Part shown: positions 6,954 to 11,095 of the stretch, in pieces
Numbering within the stretch: the stretch's first letter is position 1
How the letters are laid out: every line of letters begins with the position of its first letter
Source of the DNA: Candidatus Eiseniibacteriota bacterium
Lineage (GTDB): Bacteria; Eisenbacteria; RBG-16-71-46; JABDJR01; JAWXBZ01
Length of the DNA: 11,095 nucleotides
Direction: 5' to 3'
Assembly: GCA_034440375.1 (NCBI GenBank)
Contig: JAWXBZ010000161.1
Coordinates: forward strand, 1-11,095
Notes under the pieces: model-generated
Seen by the model: only the letters and a program-made list of their open reading frames with translations
What the model was told of the DNA's origin: nothing
Databases searched by the model: none
Program-made: the position numbers and the translations under genes

Positions 6954-8325
6954 TGACTTCCTCAAGAGGAGGCGCGGAGGCACTGGGTCAAGTACTGCTG
7001 GGCGTCGGGGCTGGAGAGCGGCCGGAGAGCTTCGAACTGTTCTCCAAGCACCTGGATCCGGAGTGGATCCAACGGGCCTTGCAGAACACGGGTACGGCGA
7101 CCGTGCGGCGGCGGAAGCTGCCGGCAGAGTATGTCGTGTGGATCGCCATCGGCATGGGACTCTTCCGTGACCGTTCCATCCAGGAGGTAGTCCGGCACCT
7201 CGATCTGGTTGTGCCGGACGGGGACTCCGGAAGGAATCGACGCGGCGTCACAGGTAGTGCCGTGGCACAGGCCCGGAACCGCCTCGGGGCTGAGCCTCTG
7301 GCGGAGTTGTTTACCCAGACGGGAGCCGTGTGGGCCGGCGCTTCGGCCGACGAGCATCGCTGGCGCGGGCTTTCGGTGTACGGCGTGGATGGATCGATGC
7401 TGCGGATCGCCGACACGCCCGAAAACGAGACGGCCTTTGGCCGGCCAGCCAGTAGCCGGGGGCGGGCCGGCTATCCGCAACTGCGCCTGGTGGTCCTCAT
7501 GGTGCTCCGCTCACACTTGTTGGCGGGGCTGGCGATGGGTCCCTGTATCGTTTCCGAGCAGGCGCTGACTGAGCCATTGTGGGACAAGCTTCCCGACTCG
7601 TCGCTGACCATCGTGGACCGCGGTTTTATCGCCTACCGGGTCTTCCATCGCATCCAGAGCCAGGGCGCCGACCGCCACTGGTTGACCCGAGCCAAGTCCA
7701 ATCTGAAAATGCGCGTCGTGAAGCACCTTGGACCTCATGATCATCTCGTTGAGCTACCCATCCTGCGCAGCGCGCGCCGGGCTCATCCAGAGCTACACGA
7801 GACCCTGACGGTTCGAGCCGTGCGCTACCACCGCCGCGGCTTCCGGGCGCAGACGCTACTCACATCCTTGCTCGATCCAGCCGCGTATCCGGCCTCAGAG
7901 ATCGCCGACCTGTATCACGAACGTTGGGAGCTGGAGATGGGCCTCGACGAGGTCAAGACACACACGCTCGAACGGGAGGAAGCGCTGCGCTGTCGCGCCC
8001 CCGAGCGTGTCCGCCAGGAACTCTGGGGACTTGCCATCGGATACAACCTCGTCCGCCTGGAGATGGAGCGCACGGCTGGGCGAGCCGGGGTACCGCCTCG
8101 ACGGATCAGCTATCGCCACACGCTGATGCTGATCCGAAACTTCTGGATCACCGCGTGGCTCACGAGTCCGGGGCCCTTCCAAACCGCCTCGACAGCCTGT
8201 TGGAGGAGCTCAATCTCTTGATCTTGCCCGAGCGTCGACAACGCAGTTACCCTCGGGCAGTCAAAATCAAGATGACCAACTACCCCTTGAAGCGGAAGGC
8301 CCGTGCGAAGCGAACCGTTAACTAA
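6953..8325 (+). pseudogene. IS4-family DDE transposase with a 1-bp frameshift at about 8170-8173
   Basis: YGVDGS, IVDRGF and YHERWELEMGLDEVK (YREK signature). The first frame stops at 8221, but the IS4-type C-terminus (LILPERRQRSYPRAVKIKMTNYP) continues in the -1 frame to TAA at 8323-8325 inside the right IR. Confidence 0.85.
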
Positions 8326-8903
8326 CCGGCATTGTCTTTAGCTGCTTCGCTCTCGCGGCAAGTTCCTTTTGGCGGGCGTCAAGAACATAGACCTTCTCGA
8401 GAATACCTTCGAGCACGTCCATGACAGTAACGAGGTCATTCTCGTTCGGCCGAAATCCTCGATGCGCCGACGCGTTTCCGGCTTCAGTGAGTACCTCCAG
8501 CAAATCGCGTTCGTGCGGCGTAACATGCCCAGCGCCTTGAAGCGCGTCCAACTTGGCCTGGAAGGTCTTTAGGTCGCCAAGCTTGTCGAGAGCAAGAATG
8601 TCGAGAGTGGTGCGCGCGCCCACTGCGGCAAGGACCCTAGTTCCGTTCTGCAAAGCCACGTAAACCTCGTCGAGTATTTCTTGGAGGTTCTTAGGCAACG
8701 AGCCCACCCATTTGGGCCGCTGACGAAACTCATGAGGCGGAAAGTATTTGTCCTCGAAGACGAGCGGTTCGTTTGGCGCGAAGGTCGGCCGGGTCGGAGC
8801 CCGACGATTCGGAAACGGCGAGCACGACGTGGTGGGTCTTCGTACCGCACTTGTTGCAGTGCAACATTCCGGCTGGTTTTGGTGCCGCTTCCGTTTCAGC
8901 CAT
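8318..8903 (-). pseudogene. DUF4145-like (HEPN-type) protein, frameshifted and 3'-truncated by the IS
   Basis: ATG at 8903 with AGGA upstream gives MAETEAAPKPAGMLHCNKCGTKTHHVVL, stopping at 8730. A second frame carries YFPP...RPKW and the helical domain with EAGNASAH. The last codons and the stop lie within the IS right IR. Confidence 0.75.
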
Positions 8904-8919
8904 GCCCTATTCCTGTGAG

Positions 8920-9285
8920 TTACGCCTTCCTGAGGCGCATGCTTCCGGCCTCAAGGATGACGAGGCTTCCCCTGAGCTCATTGGGGTCGACCGCCGAAAT
9001 GGCGGCCACAACTAGACGGACTTGCTCTCCGATAACCATTTTGTTCGGGAGCCTAACGCACACGACACCAGGATGGCTTCCAGCTGGGTACTGCGTGATG
9101 TCCGAGAAATCCTTGTCCTTCGAGATAATAATTAGCCCGCGGAGCTTGGCGTGGACCATGAGTTCCCCGTCGGAGAGACTCCTCAGGCGTTTGTCATTGG
9201 AGACGCTCTCGGCCTGGTGGCCAGCGGCTTTTAGGGCCTCAGCCAGGGCGCCGGGCAGGTTTTCGTCGACGAGGAATGCCGGCAT
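8920..9285 (-). CDS. DUF5615 family PIN-like putative toxin (VapC45-like)
   Basis: FLVDENLP, LSDGEL and IISKDKDF acidic PIN-like motifs plus HPGVVCVR; 121 aa; start directly abuts the DUF433 stop. Confidence 0.88.
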   Translation of the reverse strand: MPAFLVDENLPGALAEALKAAGHQAESVSNDKRLRSLSDGELMVHAKLRGLIIISKDKDFSDITQYPAGSHPGVVCVRLPNKMVIGEQVRLVVAAISAVDPNELRGSLVILEAGSMRLRKA

Positions 9286-9513
9286 TTAGCTAACTTGCCG
9301 GACTTCTTCCCCTGAGACCACGCTCGCTGCGTAGGAGATTGCGGCGAGCACGTCCTCGCGCTCCAGCCGGTACTCCTCCATTACCCGCTCTATCGGCTCG
9401 CCAGCGGCGAGCACACCCAGGATGACCTCGACGGGCACGCGAGTCCCCTCAATGACAGGCTTTCCGGCCTGCACCTTATTATCAACGACAATTCGTGTAG
9501 CTATCTGCATCAT
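9286..9513 (-). CDS. DUF433 family putative antitoxin (VapB45-like)
   Basis: GKPVIEGTRVPVEVIL...EEY.LEREDVLAAISYA signature; RBS AGGAG at 9525-9521. Confidence 0.92.
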   Translation of the reverse strand: MMQIATRIVVDNKVQAGKPVIEGTRVPVEVILGVLAAGEPIERVMEEYRLEREDVLAAISYAASVVSGEEVRQVS

Positions 9514-9543
9514 CTTCGCTCTCCTAGAAACTTTACAACTACA

Positions 9544-9572
9544 AGCATACCAGCATCTTGCGAGGATGGGAA
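9544..9572 (-). promoter_or_regulatory. Putative promoter of the toxin-antitoxin operon
   Basis: Minus strand TTCCCA (9572-9567), 17 nt, TATGCT (9549-9544) with an extended -10 TG; imperfect palindrome CATCTTGCGAGGATG at 9554-9568. Confidence 0.35.
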
Positions 9573-9756
9573 CCTAACCTTTCAAACTCCATATCCACTT
9601 TGCCATTATGAGATCCCTCACTTGTGGCCTGAGCGGCCTTCAAGGGGTCAAGCTGAGCCGCTAACCGCCCGACGTACTACGCACCACGCTTCTGTTTTGC
9701 GACGGCCTGGATAGGCCGCCGCCCGCGGCTTTGTGTTCCCAACGAAGGAGAATCGC

Positions 9757-9900
9757 ATGAGAAACCTCGAAGTCAGCCCGGTAACGGACCTGTGCTGTCC
9801 AAACACCGGCCGGTACCACGGCTGCCTAAGCCACCTTCTCGGGACCGATGAGCGCTTCTGCAGGCTTTGCGGCGTTGGCTTCCAGAAGTTCCACAAATGA
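9757..9900 (+). CDS. Small Cys-rich, zinc-ribbon-like protein (47 aa)
   Basis: AAGGAG at 9745-9750, 6 nt before ATG; MRNLEVSPVTDLCCPNTGRYHGCLSHLLGTDERFCRLCGVGFQKFHK. Not in the ORF track because it is short. Confidence 0.55.
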   Translation: MRNLEVSPVTDLCCPNTGRYHGCLSHLLGTDERFCRLCGVGFQKFHK

Positions 9901-9980
9901 AGGTTACACCCGGCTCAAAACCGTGGCCACCATTCCGCTGGATGTGCCGGAACGGTTTAGGCCGCCTCGCGGGTAGGGCG

Positions 9981-11095
9981 TTACTGGTTGGCGATATGGA
10001 TTGTTGAGCCGGTCTCGTTGACTGTTGCCAGGGTAAGGCGGGAGAGATACTGGCGGGTGACGCGGCAATCCCCACTGCCGTCATCGGGAACGGTATTCCA
10101 GCTCAATCCTTCCCACTTACTGATGCTACCGGGGTTGTCTTTCGCTTGAGGCTCATCAATTGCGCCGCCGGCGTAGATTTCGTCGTTGATGACGACCAGC
10201 GATTGGACCCGGTCGAGATCTTCCAGCCCCTCCCCCAGCGCCAGCCAGGACACACCGATCCACCGTGCCACGTGGTTCATTTCGAAGCCGTTGACGGTGA
10301 TGAAATCACCCCCGGCGATCAGCGCTCCGCGGTAGGTGGTGAGGGCGCGGACGGTGCCGTCGATGCCGACGTCCAGGGGTAGCCAGGTGGTGCCGTTCCA
10401 CCTTGCGATGTGGTTGGCGGGTTGTCCGCCGGCTTGGGTGAAGGCGCCGCCGGCGAAGAGTTGGTCCGCACTTTCGTGGAGGGCGTAGACGGTGCTGTTG
10501 ATGCCGGCGCCGAGGGGGTGCCAGTTCGTGCCGTCCCACTGGGCGATACGGGTGGCGGGTTGGCCGCCGGCTTCGGTGAAGCTGCCGCCGGCATACAGGG
10601 TGTTGTCGCCGTCGGTGGCCAGGGCGTACACGATGCCGGTGATGCCCCAGCCTTGATCCGGCTCGCCCAGCGGGTGCCACTCTTTTCCATCCCACCTTGC
10701 AATGCCGCTGGCGCGGATGGGGCCGATGTAGGTGAAGGCGCCGGCGACGATCAGATCGCCCCGGAAAATGGTCATGGCGTGGACGGTGCCGTTGGGTTCG
10801 GGACTGATGTCGTACCAGGTGCCGGCGGCGTCGGTGATCTGGGAGATTTCCTGCCAGATCTCCGGGTGGGTGTTCCGCTCGCCGGGATCGGCGTAGGCGG
10901 CCAGGTGGTTCACCTCTTCGTCCGGGCCGAACGGGTCGACGACGTTGAATTCGCCGCCGAAGATGAGGCGGCCTTTGTACTCCTGCAGCGCGTAAATGGG
11001 AGCGTCGGTGCTGCCAAGTCGCTGCCAGGAATCCGGTGGGTCGTCTTCGGAGCAGCCGATCGCACATATAATGAGGGCTGGTGCGAGCCGGCTGA
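9981..11095 (-). CDS. Beta-propeller repeat protein, predicted lipoprotein; start lies beyond the right edge
   Basis: The frame of ORF 9981..10913 stays open to the edge (SRLAPALIICAIGCSEDDPPDSWQRLG...), with a lipobox-like Cys at 11052-11054. About six repeats of V-x-A-L...L-x-x-G-G-x-F-T...I-A-R-W-D-G-x-x-W-x-P-L-G. Confidence 0.85.
   Translation of the reverse strand, partial: SRLAPALIICAIGCSEDDPPDSWQRLGSTDAPIYALQEYKGRLIFGGEFNVVDPFGPDEEVNHLAAYADPGERNTHPEIWQEISQITDAAGTWYDISPEPNGTVHAMTIFRGDLIVAGAFTYIGPIRASGIARWDGKEWHPLGEPDQGWGITGIVYALATDGDNTLYAGGSFTEAGGQPATRIAQWDGTNWHPLGAGINSTVYALHESADQLFAGGAFTQAGGQPANHIARWNGTTWLPLDVGIDGTVRALTTYRGALIAGGDFITVNGFEMNHVARWIGVSWLALGEGLEDLDRVQSLVVINDEIYAGGAIDEPQAKDNPGSISKWEGLSWNTVPDDGSGDCRVTRQYLSRLTLATVNETGSTIHIANQ

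Larger units (their letters stand above)
6442..8334 (+). mobile_element. IS4-family insertion sequence, 1893 bp, two ORFs
   Basis: Left IR CAATGCCGGTAAGATA (6442-6457) versus reverse complement of right IR CAATGCCGGTTAGTTA (8319-8334), 14/16 identical and similar to the E. coli IS4 end as I recall it (TAATGCCGATCAGTTAAG). Encloses a DDE transposase. No flanking direct repeat is visible. Confidence 0.9.

Noticed and set aside
8681-9289. 202-aa plus-strand ORF
   Set aside because: Antisense to the PIN-like toxin and the DUF4145-like gene, with no motifs.
9572-9578. GTTAGGT (minus strand) resembling an integron attC core site upstream of the TA pair
   Set aside because: No complementary inverse core or L boxes found at a suitable distance, and no integrase in the window.
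9600-9980. Possible riboswitch or ncRNA, including GGCCTAAACC on the minus strand reminiscent of c-di-GMP-I, and a hairpin at about 9930-9956
   Set aside because: The other conserved riboswitch elements are absent and the hairpin has no adjacent U-tract. An Infernal/Rfam scan would be needed to support anything.
10200-10800. Periodic DNA similarity that might suggest a CRISPR array
   Set aside because: The repeats are degenerate, in frame and explained by protein propeller blades; there are no identical repeats with unique spacers.

Overview
GC-rich bacterial window. From left to right: (1) a minus-strand secreted S8 subtilase with HYR-like repeats that runs off the left edge and is absent from the ORF track; (2) a divergently transcribed, translationally coupled heme-copper oxidase operon in the non-canonical order subunit I, subunit III, small CPVC membrane protein, subunit II, followed by a lipoprotein M20 amidohydrolase that appears to lack its dimerisation domain; (3) a 1893-bp two-ORF IS4-family element (6442-8334) with 14/16 terminal inverted repeats, no target duplication and a 1-bp frameshift near the transposase 3' end; (4) a more AT-rich minus-strand block with a DUF433/DUF5615 (VapBC45-like) toxin-antitoxin pair and a doubly damaged DUF4145-like pseudogene; (5) an unannotated 47-aa Cys-rich ORF with a strong RBS; (6) a beta-propeller repeat lipoprotein running off the right edge. 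The most interesting signal is the oxidase: it has intact metal ligands and D-channel residues but no K-channel lysine, plus Gln in the CuA motif. All family assignments come from motif recognition by eye; no database searches were run.
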